Virus record (IMG/VR): IMGVR_UViG_3300021400_000038
Location: 1-41,305 of that record
From: a virus
DNA: 41,305 bases
Strand: one strand, 5' to 3'
Under the pieces are notes generated by a model, which was given only the letters and a program-made list of their open reading frames with translations, was not told the DNA's origin and ran no database searches. A program made the position numbers and the translations under genes. Below are positions 22,897 to 31,931 of this stretch, piece by piece (the first letter of the stretch is position 1; the number at the start of each line of letters is the position of its first letter).

Positions 22897-23178
22897 ATGA
22901 CAAACAACTACAATTACAATTTTGATCTCGAAGGTCATTATGTACCTGAATCGGTTAGACGCTTTATAGAGGGGTTTATTCAGCAGTTTATTGCCGATAA
23001 ACGAAAATCCGAAGCGTCAAAGCGTTTCGATAATCCTCGCATTGCAAACACATTGGCGATACAGGATTTTCTTTTCCTGATGCGTGATCGTTACGGCTGT
23101 TACGTCACGATAAATTGGTTATTTGATATAGCCGATTTTAAGGTTACTATTACGTTAAGAAAGGATATTGAACAATGA
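22897..23178 (+). CDS. Hypothetical protein, 93 aa, AT-rich.
   Basis: ORF with an AAAAGGA RBS in the gene chain. Confidence 0.5.
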   Translation: MTNNYNYNFDLEGHYVPESVRRFIEGFIQQFIADKRKSEASKRFDNPRIANTLAIQDFLFLMRDRYGCYVTINWLFDIADFKVTITLRKDIEQ

Positions 23179-23393
23179 GCAACAAACAAACCCAATGCGA
23201 GATGATCCTCGCGTACATGGAAGAAGTGGGGAGCATTACCCCGGCGGAAGCAATGGCGGAGTTCGGCTGTATGAGGCTGGCATCGCGCATTTGCGAGATC
23301 AAGAGAACGCACAAGATCAAGACCGAGCGCGTTTATACCGTAAACAGATATGGAAAGCGCGTACCCTTCGCGCGGTACTCGTTGGAGGCGTGA
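23175..23393 (+). CDS. Small winged-helix / HTH_39-like DNA-binding protein, 72 aa.
   Basis: QCEMILAYMEEVGSITPAEAMAEFGCMRLASRICEIKR pattern. Confidence 0.5.
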   Translation: MSNKQTQCEMILAYMEEVGSITPAEAMAEFGCMRLASRICEIKRTHKIKTERVYTVNRYGKRVPFARYSLEA

Positions 23394-24265
23394 TGAATAA
23401 AGAAAAAGAGAAAACCGCCATTGAGCGGTTGAAAGCCTTTGAGCCATATAGCGAGCCATATCTCCTCTGCTACTCCGGCGGGAAGGACAGCGATTGCATC
23501 CGCATTCTTGCGAGCCTTGCAGGTGTTCGTCACGACATCGTGAACAATCACACTACGGTTGACGCTCCTGAAACCGTGCGTTACATCCGATCAATACCGA
23601 ACATCCACATAGAATACCCCGAAAAGACCATGTGGCAGTTGATCGTTGAGAGTGGAATGCCGCCGACCCGGCTTGTACGCTACTGTTGCGCCGAACTGAA
23701 AGAGCGCGGCGGGAAAGGTCGCGTAAAGGTGACGGGTGTTCGATGGGCTGAAAGCGCAAATCGTGCGAAAAATTCAGGTGTAATAAGGGTTATTGGCAAG
23801 GAAAAGACCATGCGTAAACTTGCGGATGAAATCGGCGCCGATGTCCTTGAAACCGAAAAAGGCGGTCTGATTATGAACGACGACAACGACCGCAACCGCC
23901 GGTTTGTTGAGCATTGCTACCGAACGACCGCGACAATGGTGAATCCGATTGTGGATTGGTCGGACGCGGATGTATGGGAGTTCCTGCGGCACTACGGATG
24001 TCAGAGCAACCCGCTCTATCAATGCGGGTTCAAGCGGATCGGCTGTATTGGATGCCCTATGGGGACCGCAAATGGGATGAAGGCGGAATTTGCGCGTTAT
24101 CCAAAGTATAAAGAGAACTATATCCGCGCGTTTGACAGAATGCTTGAAGAACGGAAGCGTAGAGGCTTGTTTGAGGTTGGTTGGAAAACGGGCAAAGAAG
24201 TCATGGCATGGTGGCTCGGTGAGGACAAAGACCAAATTTCGATGTTTGAGGAGGATGAGAAATGA
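23393..24265 (+). CDS. PAPS-reductase-family PP-loop protein, 290 aa.
   Basis: PP-loop CYSGGKDS. C-terminal Cys cluster GFKRIGCIGCPMG. TGATG coupling at 23391-23395. The ORF-track N-terminal extension from 23168 overlaps the preceding gene and is rejected. Confidence 0.75.
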   Translation: MNKEKEKTAIERLKAFEPYSEPYLLCYSGGKDSDCIRILASLAGVRHDIVNNHTTVDAPETVRYIRSIPNIHIEYPEKTMWQLIVESGMPPTRLVRYCCAELKERGGKGRVKVTGVRWAESANRAKNSGVIRVIGKEKTMRKLADEIGADVLETEKGGLIMNDDNDRNRRFVEHCYRTTATMVNPIVDWSDADVWEFLRHYGCQSNPLYQCGFKRIGCIGCPMGTANGMKAEFARYPKYKENYIRAFDRMLEERKRRGLFEVGWKTGKEVMAWWLGEDKDQISMFEEDEK

Positions 24266-24606
24266 GTTTTGACGATATTATAATTCTTGTAAAAGAGAGC
24301 ATAAATACGCATGGCGATATTTTTCAGAATGATGAAATAATCCTCGACAGCAATGCCGTCGATCATATCGCGGATGACATTGCAACGGCATTGTGCGGTG
24401 CGCGGGACGAACCCGCCGATGTACCCGTGCGGCATGGGCATTGGGAGCAAAAAAAATGGGACAAAGACGCTTATTCCTGTTCATTATGCAAGCATATTTT
24501 TGGTATCAGGGAAATTATGTTTTGGGATCAAAATATTGATGTGTTTGGCTTTGCAAAATACTGCCCGTTCTGCGGCGCAAAGATGGACGGAAAGGAAACG
24601 GAATAA
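24262..24606 (+). CDS. Hypothetical zinc-ribbon protein, 114 aa.
   Basis: CSLCKH...CPFCGAKM. ATGA overlap. Confidence 0.6.
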   Translation: MSFDDIIILVKESINTHGDIFQNDEIILDSNAVDHIADDIATALCGARDEPADVPVRHGHWEQKKWDKDAYSCSLCKHIFGIREIMFWDQNIDVFGFAKYCPFCGAKMDGKETE

Positions 24607-24773
24607 TGAAACTCGGTGATATGACTTTCAAGCAAATAGCAGAGATTTGCGCGTTTCACAGATGCGATCAATGCCCATTTTGTAAAGATGACGGTGGTTG
24701 CATATTGTTAAAACATGTTCCGTCACATCAAGATTTGAACATGGAGGTAAAGATTGATGCTGACACCGTTTAA
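24606..24773 (+). CDS. Unlisted 55-aa Cys-rich ORF MKLGDMTFKQIAEICAFHRCDQCPFCKDDGGCILLKH...
   Basis: TAATG coupling to the upstream stop. Fills an otherwise empty 150-nt gap. CxxCxxC motif. Confidence 0.45.
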   Translation: MKLGDMTFKQIAEICAFHRCDQCPFCKDDGGCILLKHVPSHQDLNMEVKIDADTV

Positions 24774-25119
24774 TCCGGCATACAATAGCCTTCCGCTCCC
24801 GGCGAACCTATACGAGAAAGGGCCGGATGAGAGCGAGGACAAGCCCGTCTGCCGCTGCTCCGAGTGCGGCGAGGGCATCTTCTTCGACGAGCAAGTGTGG
24901 GTGTTCGGGAACAAAGTGTTCTGCGAAGCCTGCACAGAGGCGCACAGCACCTACGCGCGCGACGGAATAACCTACACCGACAAAGAGTGCCGGGACGAAT
25001 ACAACGCGAAAATCCGCGCTTTCTGGGCGCGCGAGGAAAGGATCATCAATTTTGGAGGACAACATGGGGAAGGCAGTAATGTTGAGCATCCACCCGAATG
25101 GGGTGGGAAAGATCGTTGA
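24757..25119 (+). CDS. Hypothetical zinc-ribbon protein, 120 aa.
   Basis: GGAGG-N9-ATG at 24757. CRCSECGE...CEAC. Confidence 0.55.
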   Translation: MLTPFNPAYNSLPLPANLYEKGPDESEDKPVCRCSECGEGIFFDEQVWVFGNKVFCEACTEAHSTYARDGITYTDKECRDEYNAKIRAFWAREERIINFGGQHGEGSNVEHPPEWGGKDR

Positions 25120-25630
25120 CGGGGAAGAGACAATCGATATAAGAAAGACAAAGCCGAAAATCAAAACGCCGTTCAAGTGCTATATCTACCACACATCCGG
25201 CGGGTGGGAGTACAGGGATCACTGGTGTACGGCTGTCATGCCGCCAAACGGAAGCCTGTATGACGGTTCGCAGAGAGTCATCGGGGAGTTCATTTGCGAT
25301 AAGATTTACACGGTCGAAGATCGTGGAAACCGCTTTACAGTTGGAGATTTCGACCGACTTAATAATCTTGTCGCAAAATCATCTTGCCTTGACTTCGACG
25401 ATATGAAAAAGTATGCCGATGGTCGCAAGGTTCTGTACGCTTGGCACATCTCCAACCTAAAAATCTACGATGAGCCGAAAGAGTTGTCCGATTTCCGAAT
25501 ATCTAAAAAGTGCAATTCTTGTAAAGTAAGTGGGTATGAAAACTGCTGTCCGTATGACGAAATGTGTATCGTTCCGGCAGTACTGTCACGTCCCCCTCAA
25601 TCGTGGCAATATGTGGAGGAGTTGAAATGA
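25064..25630 (+). CDS. ASCH (PUA-like fold) domain protein with a Cys-rich C-terminal extension.
   Basis: GGAGGA-N6-ATG at 25064. KAVMLSIHPNGVGKIVDGEETIDIRKTKP...VIGEF...YAWHISNLKIYDEPKELSDF. Confidence 0.55.
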   Translation: MGKAVMLSIHPNGVGKIVDGEETIDIRKTKPKIKTPFKCYIYHTSGGWEYRDHWCTAVMPPNGSLYDGSQRVIGEFICDKIYTVEDRGNRFTVGDFDRLNNLVAKSSCLDFDDMKKYADGRKVLYAWHISNLKIYDEPKELSDFRISKKCNSCKVSGYENCCPYDEMCIVPAVLSRPPQSWQYVEELK

Positions 25631-25830
25631 GCCGTGTAACAGATGTCAAAGAAACGGTCAATCAGGCGATCAAATTTGCGATTGCTTTTCCATGCCATAT
25701 CTGCCAATACGAAAACGAGAAAACGGGCGGATGCAGAGCCGGAGTGAAATACAAAGGCACTTGCCCCGTTTATCTAAACCTAAACAGTGAACTACGGAAA
25801 TTGAGGAAAATTGAGGAGAAGCAGAAATGA
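25627..25830 (+). CDS. Hypothetical Cys-containing protein, 67 aa.
   Basis: ATGA coupling at 25627-25630. Confidence 0.5.
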   Translation: MSRVTDVKETVNQAIKFAIAFPCHICQYENEKTGGCRAGVKYKGTCPVYLNLNSELRKLRKIEEKQK

Positions 25831-25970
25831 ACATCAAAGTAACGATCACGCAAACGAACGGGATGACGACCGAAAAGGTCTTTGAACGCCCGGAAGTCGC
25901 CTTCCGCTGGGCTTTGCTCAAAATTCAATCCGACGGCGTTTCTGCCGTCAACATCGAAAAGGAGAACTGA
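25827..25970 (+). CDS. Unlisted 47-aa ORF MNIKVTITQTNGMTTEKVFERPEVAFRWALLKIQSDGVSAVNIEKEN.
   Basis: ATGA coupling to the upstream stop. Ends 2 nt before the next start. Confidence 0.45.
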   Translation: MNIKVTITQTNGMTTEKVFERPEVAFRWALLKIQSDGVSAVNIEKEN

Positions 25971-25972
25971 TT

Positions 25973-26338
25973 ATGAAAAAGTTTTTGATTTCTTTCGTTC
26001 AGATCATGGGGACTATCTGCGTTGCGGCTGCCATCTGCGTGGGTGCGGTGTTTGCCGCAAAAGCCATCGGGAAGGCCGACGATGAAAAGGACGAGGTCAA
26101 GATGTGCATGGACGAGATCGTGCCGCAGTACGAGTGGCAGAACTACGCCTACACAGCGCAGAAGGCTACGGTCTGGGAGCCGGAGAAAGACTCCTGCTAC
26201 TACGTGATCGTCGTCTATGCCGCGGATGAAACCGAGTCGCTCCACCGCTACGAGTTCCTCTGCCGCGTTCGTTACGAAGGCAAGGAGCCTGATGTGGACG
26301 CCGATCTCGTCCGGGTTGATGTTTGCAAGGAGTATTGA
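25973..26338 (+). CDS. Membrane-anchored protein of 121 aa (single N-terminal TM helix).
   Basis: GGAGA RBS. FVQIMGTICVAAAICVGAVFAA. Confidence 0.6.
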   Translation: MKKFLISFVQIMGTICVAAAICVGAVFAAKAIGKADDEKDEVKMCMDEIVPQYEWQNYAYTAQKATVWEPEKDSCYYVIVVYAADETESLHRYEFLCRVRYEGKEPDVDADLVRVDVCKEY

Positions 26339-26346
26339 GGTGGGAA

Positions 26347-26661
26347 ATGGGAAGATATGTCTTTTACGTTGATTTAGAAAAACTCCCGTATAAATCAATA
26401 GTGTTAGGGGACAAAACAATCGTATGCCTTTTGAAAGAGGATTTAGATGCTTTGCCAATCGTTGCTTCTCCAATTCAAAACCCCAAACACATTGTGTATT
26501 GCAAAGATTGTGTTCACAGAGACCCGGAAGATAAAAGATGTGATGGTGCATTTTGCGGAAGGGGTGGTTTCCTTCCTGTGGATGATTTCGATTTTTGTTC
26601 TTGCGGGAGAAAGAAGGAGAATGTCAATGGTAAAAACGAAGTACCACAACAAAAAGATTAA
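26347..26661 (+). CDS. Hypothetical Cys-rich protein, 104 aa.
   Basis: ATG at 26347 after GGTGGGA. CKDCVH...CDGAFC...CSCG. Confidence 0.5.
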   Translation: MGRYVFYVDLEKLPYKSIVLGDKTIVCLLKEDLDALPIVASPIQNPKHIVYCKDCVHRDPEDKRCDGAFCGRGGFLPVDDFDFCSCGRKKENVNGKNEVPQQKD

Positions 26662-26998
26662 GGGCGCGGACGGCTTCGTTTACGACAGCAAGAGAGAGCG
26701 TTCAAGATATGATCAACTGCTTCTCTTGCAGAGAGCGGGACTTATAACCGAACTGAAACGCCAGGTGCGGTTTGAATTGATCCCAACGCAAAGAGAACAA
26801 CCGACAATCTCCAAAAGAGGAACGCCAAAGGTCGGAAGAGTGATCGAACGCGCCGTTGACTACATCGCGGATTTCGTCTATATCGACAAGAACAAACAAC
26901 TTGTGGTTGAGGATGCAAAGGGCAAGAGAACAAAGGACTACATCATCAAGCGGAAACTCATGCTCTTTTTCCACGGAATACGCGTCAGGGAGGTGTAG
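26627..26998 (+). CDS. DUF1064-like protein (PD-(D/E)XK-type, resolvase-like candidate).
   Basis: KYHNKKIKGADGFVYDSKRERSRYDQLLLLQRAGLITELKRQVRFEL...DFVYID...VEDAKG. GGAGA-N6-ATG. Confidence 0.6.
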   Translation: MVKTKYHNKKIKGADGFVYDSKRERSRYDQLLLLQRAGLITELKRQVRFELIPTQREQPTISKRGTPKVGRVIERAVDYIADFVYIDKNKQLVVEDAKGKRTKDYIIKRKLMLFFHGIRVREV

Positions 26999-27001
26999 CC
27001 T

Positions 27002-27250
27002 ATGGACAATCGGGATCGGAACGTCCGTTGCCCGTTCTATCGTCCGGGGACGCATCACACGACGAAGAATAAAAGGCTCATCGGGCAGAGAAAGCGAACG
27101 ATCAACTGCAAGGGTGCCATTGCTTATCATTCCGTAAGGTTCCAGACCGTGGAGGAGCGCGCGGAATACAGCAAAAGATACTGCAAGATGAACTGCGGTG
27201 CTTGCCCGATTTACAACTGCATTGAACAGATGAACGAGGAGCAGGGTTGA
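27002..27250 (+). CDS. Hypothetical Cys-rich protein, 82 aa.
   Basis: Last ORF before the terminator. CPFY...NCGACPIYNC. Confidence 0.5.
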   Translation: MDNRDRNVRCPFYRPGTHHTTKNKRLIGQRKRTINCKGAIAYHSVRFQTVEERAEYSKRYCKMNCGACPIYNCIEQMNEEQG

Positions 27251-27270
27251 TCCCTGCTCCTTTAATTTTA
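27238..27270 (+). terminator. Rho-independent terminator separating the early and late regions.
   Basis: 9-bp stem GGAGCAGGG/CCCTGCTCC, 5-nt loop, then TTTAATTTTA. Confidence 0.7.
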
Positions 27271-27392
27271 ATTGGGGGTACCACTTTTTTTTATTATTTG
27301 ATAGTATGGTACCAGATGAATTGCGGGGGTGGTATTTATGCCTATTATAAGCGGGCTTATATGGAATATCATCAACGCTATCAAGGCATTGT

Positions 27393-27806
27393 TTGGGGGT
27401 GGAAAGCGTGCCTAAACCTACTGATCCGCAGACTTTGGAAAAGGTGCGCGCATTGCTTGCAAGCGGTGTCGGTGTGAACGAAGTTGCCCGGCAGGTCGGA
27501 ATGTCCTCTGCGGGCGTTTCCGGGTTGAAAAAACGGCTTGAACAGGATAAATCTTTCGAGCAGGAGCGAGCAGATAAAAAACAGGAGTTCATCGAACTGG
27601 CTTGGCAAGCCGCCGCAAAGGGCATTCGGATTGTGAACGCCAAACTGGATGACATCGAGAAAAGCCAGGAACTTGCCGCAAAAACGGATATGCGGGAAAT
27701 CTCCACCGCCGTCGGAACGATGATCGACAAAGCCCGGCTCGCCGCGGGAGAGTCCACGCAGAACGTGAATGGGACTGTATCTCTTTTGAAGTTTGAGGAT
27801 TTCTGA
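27393..27806 (+). CDS. terS: Probable terminase small subunit (HTH protein directly upstream of terL). Start uncertain: TTG at 27393 or GTG at 27408.
   Basis: HTH-like GVGVNEVARQVGMSSAGVSGLKKRL. The stop overlaps the terL start (TGATG). Confidence 0.5.
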   Translation: MGVESVPKPTDPQTLEKVRALLASGVGVNEVARQVGMSSAGVSGLKKRLEQDKSFEQERADKKQEFIELAWQAAAKGIRIVNAKLDDIEKSQELAAKTDMREISTAVGTMIDKARLAAGESTQNVNGTVSLLKFEDF

Positions 27807-29662
27807 TGGTAGTTGCAGATTTGATCGAAAAGCGAAAAGAAATTTGGGAACACGGGAGCGAGAAGCGAGAAAGTCAACCTCACGATCTCAAAACAGATCA
27901 GGATTATGTTAATATGGTTGCCCGCACGATCCGGCAACCCGGCAACGAAGGTCTTATGGAAGAGATCATCGAAAGACCGTATCTGCTGATCGAGGCTTGT
28001 TTCTACGTCGTCGATAAGGAGAAGAACACGATCCCGTTCTTCCTGAACGAGATACAGCAGGCGTTCATCCGCGAGTTTGAAACGCAAGGAACCGAGCGTC
28101 CGTTCTTCATTCTCAAAGGGCGGCAGCAGGGGTTTACCACGCTGATCACGGCGATCCAGTTGTCCTACGCGATCACGCGAAAGAACTTCTCTGGCGCAAC
28201 TCTTGCTGATAATGCGGACAACACCGAGGCGATCTTCACGGATAAGGCAAAGACCGTTTACGAACGATTGCCGGAGCCGCTTAAAAGGCACGAGAAGTAC
28301 AGCAACCGCCGGGAGTATTTCTTCGACGATCTTAATTCCTCATGGCGTATTGCGACCGCTACGCGAGATGCGCTTCGTTCCCGGACGCTGAACTTTGTTC
28401 ATTTCTCCGAGGTGGCGTTCTTCCAATGCTCCCTGGGCGACCTGCAAGCCGCCATCCGTCCCGCCATCGTGCAGGGCGCGTTCGTGGTCTATGAAACGAC
28501 CGCAAACGGCTTCAACGACGCGAAAACGCTGTGGGACAGCGGTTCCTGCGTCAACCTGTTCTATGAGTGGTGGAGATCCCCGGAATACCGCTCCAAACAT
28601 CTGGAACTGCTCAACACGGACGATCCGTGGCTTGCTGACCGTCTTTCGTGGCTCCGTTCCCGCGGGCTGGACGACGAGCAGTTGGCGTGGTACGCCGACA
28701 CCTACAACGGCTATATCGAGAAAGACAAGATCAGGCAGGAATACCCATGCACGCCGGAAGAGGCGTTCCTGTTCTCCGGCGACTCCGTGTTTGACGTGCA
28801 GAAGGTCACCGAGGCGATGAACCGTGCGCTCGCGCATCCGAAACTGACGCGGCGCGGGTACTTCACCTACCGCCCGGTGGAAACGCCGCTTATGGACGAG
28901 CAGGGAAACAAGGTCGGCGGCACATGGACGATCGAGGACATCCAATGGGTGGACGATCGGAACGGCATGATCAAGATCCACGAGGAGCCGCGCGAGCATA
29001 AGGACGCGCAGGAGATCGTGGACGGGCAAGCCCCTTATGTGATCGGCGCGGACACTTCCGGGAGCGGTCAGGACTTCTGGGCGGCGAAGGTAATCGACAA
29101 CATGACCAAAAAGACCGCGGCAACGCTGCACAAGCAGAGCCTTGACGCGGACAAGTTCACGGAGCAGTTGATCTGCCTGGGGCAGATGTACCACAACGCG
29201 CTGATCTCCATTGAGATCAACCTCTCACCGTACCCGATCATCGCGCTGACGCGGAAGTACAACTACACGAACGTCTATATGCGTGAGCGGTACGACAAGA
29301 CCTACGACGAGCGGACGCAGGAGCCGGGCTTTCTCACCAACAAGGCGACAAAGCCAGCCGCTATTGACAATTTGGTCATGCTGTTCCGGGAGTTCCCGGA
29401 TATTGAGTGCGACCCCGAAACGCTCCATGAAATGGCTGTGTTCGTCCGCAAGGAAGGCGGAAAGATGGAAGCCGTGGACGGAGAGCATGACGACCTTGTG
29501 ATGGCTCTTGCGATCGCTCACATGAGCGCGAGCCAACAGACCATCTCCTGGTTGCCGGTGGAGCATAAGATCCCGGACGATCTCAAATGGTTCTTTGGAG
29601 AGAACTACGGGCGCGATGATGACGACAGCCTTTCCGCCGGGATGCGGTGGGACGATTTTTGA
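27806..29662 (+). CDS. terL: Terminase large subunit.
   Basis: ATPase region FILKGRQQGFTTL...FVHFSEVAFF. Nuclease region YVIGADTSGSG...GEHDDLVMALAIA. Confidence 0.85.
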   Translation: MVVADLIEKRKEIWEHGSEKRESQPHDLKTDQDYVNMVARTIRQPGNEGLMEEIIERPYLLIEACFYVVDKEKNTIPFFLNEIQQAFIREFETQGTERPFFILKGRQQGFTTLITAIQLSYAITRKNFSGATLADNADNTEAIFTDKAKTVYERLPEPLKRHEKYSNRREYFFDDLNSSWRIATATRDALRSRTLNFVHFSEVAFFQCSLGDLQAAIRPAIVQGAFVVYETTANGFNDAKTLWDSGSCVNLFYEWWRSPEYRSKHLELLNTDDPWLADRLSWLRSRGLDDEQLAWYADTYNGYIEKDKIRQEYPCTPEEAFLFSGDSVFDVQKVTEAMNRALAHPKLTRRGYFTYRPVETPLMDEQGNKVGGTWTIEDIQWVDDRNGMIKIHEEPREHKDAQEIVDGQAPYVIGADTSGSGQDFWAAKVIDNMTKKTAATLHKQSLDADKFTEQLICLGQMYHNALISIEINLSPYPIIALTRKYNYTNVYMRERYDKTYDERTQEPGFLTNKATKPAAIDNLVMLFREFPDIECDPETLHEMAVFVRKEGGKMEAVDGEHDDLVMALAIAHMSASQQTISWLPVEHKIPDDLKWFFGENYGRDDDDSLSAGMRWDDF

Positions 29663-29674
29663 GGAGGAACGAGG

Positions 29675-29887
29675 ATGTTTTGGAGAGCCGATGTTGAAAC
29701 CAATGAGTTGAAACGCGAGAACGAACGGCTGAAAGCGGAGTTGGAAGAAGCAAGAGCCGAGATCGAACGGCTGAACAAGCAGATTGCGGAAAAGGACGTT
29801 GACAGCAGGACGTTCATTGACGAATACATCAACGGTCCCGAAGATGACAGAACGGAGGTGCAGAGGTGGGCAACGAGCAACAGATGA
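29675..29887 (+). CDS. Small coiled-coil protein, 70 aa.
   Basis: GAGGAGGAACGAGG RBS. ELKRENERLKAELEEARAEIERLNKQIAEK. Confidence 0.5.
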   Translation: MFWRADVETNELKRENERLKAELEEARAEIERLNKQIAEKDVDSRTFIDEYINGPEDDRTEVQRWATSNR

Positions 29888-31857
29888 CTTCTCCCCTGTG
29901 GGAGGACAGAGAACACGCGCGGGAGTATCTCGCGGCGGTCGGGCTTGCAAAGAACCTTCCGCTGTTTGTCCGTTTCTATGACGGCGACCAATGGGCGCGG
30001 GCAACCGATGCCACGCGGAATATGCCGCGACTTGTCACGAACATCATCAAGATGATCTGCCGGAACAAGAAGTCCGCGATCCTCTCCACGCCCGTCCGAA
30101 TCGTCTACAAGAGCGAGGACGACAGGAGCGCGGAGAACTTCACCCGCTTCTCCAACTACATCCAGAAGGAGATCGGGCAGGATGACCTTGACAAGCAGGC
30201 GGTAGGCAGCGGCGTAAAGAAAGGCACCTACATCTTCCACTACTACTGGGACGCGGAGGCACGCGGCAGAAAGGGACAACTCCCCGGCGGGCTTCGGTGT
30301 GAACTGATTGACCCGCTCAACGCCTATTTTGCAAACCCGGCGGAGCCGGACGAGCAAAAACAGAAGTGGATCATGTTTGAGAGCCGCGAGGAGGTCCAGG
30401 CAGTCCGCGAGAAGGCGGACAAGGCCATCAACCCGGATATGATCACAGAGGACGAGCAGGACAGCCTGTATCCCGCGAAAGAGCAGAAGGGAACCCCGAT
30501 GTGTACTGTCCTGACGCGGTACTTCCGCAAGGACGGGGAAGTGTACTGCGAGAAGGCGACGAAATCGGTTATCTTCAACGCCGCGTACCCCATTACGCCG
30601 GACCTGAACCGCGCGTTGGAGGATATTCGGAACGCGGAGCCTTACGCGGACGAAAACACGAAAAAGAAGTCGAAGGAAGATCCAGGCAACAACGCGATGC
30701 CGGATAAGCCCGGAGAGGGCAAGCAGACGATCTCGGACAGCACAAAAGCCTATCTCTACCCGGTCGTTGTGGGGAACTACGAACCGCGCGAGAACAGCAT
30801 CTACGGGCTTGGCGAGGTCGAAGGGCTTGTGAGCAACCAGAAGGCGATCAACCTGATCCTCTCCATGATCGCTTACAACATCGAGCAGACTGCGTGGAGC
30901 AAATATGTCGTTCTTCCCGGCGCGCTGAACGGTCAGCGGATCAACAACGATCCCGGACAGGAACTGACAGACTTTACAAAGACGGGGAACGGCATCAAGC
31001 GGTTGGAGGGACAGCAGATCCCGACCGGCGCGTTTGGCATCATTGACACCATCACGAGCCTGACGCGGACGGTCACCGGCTCTTCCGAGGTTATGACGGG
31101 TGAAACGGCGGGTGCGAATATGTCCGGCGCGGCGATCGCGCAGTTGCAGTCGCAAGCGTTGCTCCCGGTCGAGGAACTCAAAGACACCTTCTGGAACGTC
31201 AAGAAGAAGCAGGGCAAGGTGATGGCGCAGTTCTTCAAACTGTACTACACCGAAACGCCGTTCTTCTATGACGACGAGGAGCCGGACGTGGACGAGCAGG
31301 GAAAACCAAAGACCGACGCGTTCGGTAATCCGATCAAAAAGACCGTCCGCCGCTCCGGCTCGTTCAACAGCGCGGCGTACCGGGAACAGGATATGGATGT
31401 CGTTGTTGAAACAACGGCAGGAACAAAATCCTCTGCCGCCGGTGATATTGCCGCTCTTGATCTGCTTTTGAACCACGGCGACATCAGCGCAAAGACCTAC
31501 ATCGAGATGTACCCGGAAGGCGCGCTCTCCAATAAGACCGAACTCGTCAGAAAACTCGGCGAGCAAGAGGCAAACGCGCTTTCTTCCATGCAACAGCGGG
31601 TGGCGCAGGATCAGCAGATGATCCAGCAGATGCAGGCACAAATCCAGGAGCAGAACGACACCATAAACAAGGTTTACGCTCTGATGAACGAGAACAAGCG
31701 GCTCAACGAGATGCTCGTCACGCTCTATCAGGAAGCGCAGGAAAAGGTGCAGTACGCCAACCGGCAGATCGAGCAGGGCAACCAGAAGATCATGGAGACC
31801 ACGCAGGACGCCACCGCGCTGGCGCAGGATCTTGCACGGGCGCAAGGGCTTTTGTAA
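29866..31857 (+). CDS. Portal protein.
   Basis: 663 aa, directly after terL and before the scaffold and capsid genes. GGAGGTG-N5-GTG start (alternative ATG at 29884). C-terminal coiled coil. Confidence 0.75.
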   Translation: MGNEQQMTSPLWEDREHAREYLAAVGLAKNLPLFVRFYDGDQWARATDATRNMPRLVTNIIKMICRNKKSAILSTPVRIVYKSEDDRSAENFTRFSNYIQKEIGQDDLDKQAVGSGVKKGTYIFHYYWDAEARGRKGQLPGGLRCELIDPLNAYFANPAEPDEQKQKWIMFESREEVQAVREKADKAINPDMITEDEQDSLYPAKEQKGTPMCTVLTRYFRKDGEVYCEKATKSVIFNAAYPITPDLNRALEDIRNAEPYADENTKKKSKEDPGNNAMPDKPGEGKQTISDSTKAYLYPVVVGNYEPRENSIYGLGEVEGLVSNQKAINLILSMIAYNIEQTAWSKYVVLPGALNGQRINNDPGQELTDFTKTGNGIKRLEGQQIPTGAFGIIDTITSLTRTVTGSSEVMTGETAGANMSGAAIAQLQSQALLPVEELKDTFWNVKKKQGKVMAQFFKLYYTETPFFYDDEEPDVDEQGKPKTDAFGNPIKKTVRRSGSFNSAAYREQDMDVVVETTAGTKSSAAGDIAALDLLLNHGDISAKTYIEMYPEGALSNKTELVRKLGEQEANALSSMQQRVAQDQQMIQQMQAQIQEQNDTINKVYALMNENKRLNEMLVTLYQEAQEKVQYANRQIEQGNQKIMETTQDATALAQDLARAQGLL

Positions 31858-31931
31858 CGGTAACGACCGCATAGCGGTATGTTATAAATTCGCAGGAACG
31901 CGCAAAAATCCAAAAAAGAAAGGGACTCTGA

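Noticed and set aside
23168-23392. 75-aa N-terminal extension of the PAPS-reductase ORF.
   Set aside because: It fully overlaps the better-supported HTH_39-like gene in another frame. The internal ATG at 23393 is stop/start coupled (TGATG).
26702-31872. Long - strand ORFs (529 aa, 284 aa, 259 aa, 755 aa) opposite terS, terL and the portal gene. Similar ones lie at 84-2214, 11553-13982, 19960-21111, 31728-32723 and 36425-37609.
   Set aside because: They are shadow ORFs of well-supported + strand genes. The whole late region is a co-directional, translationally coupled + strand operon.
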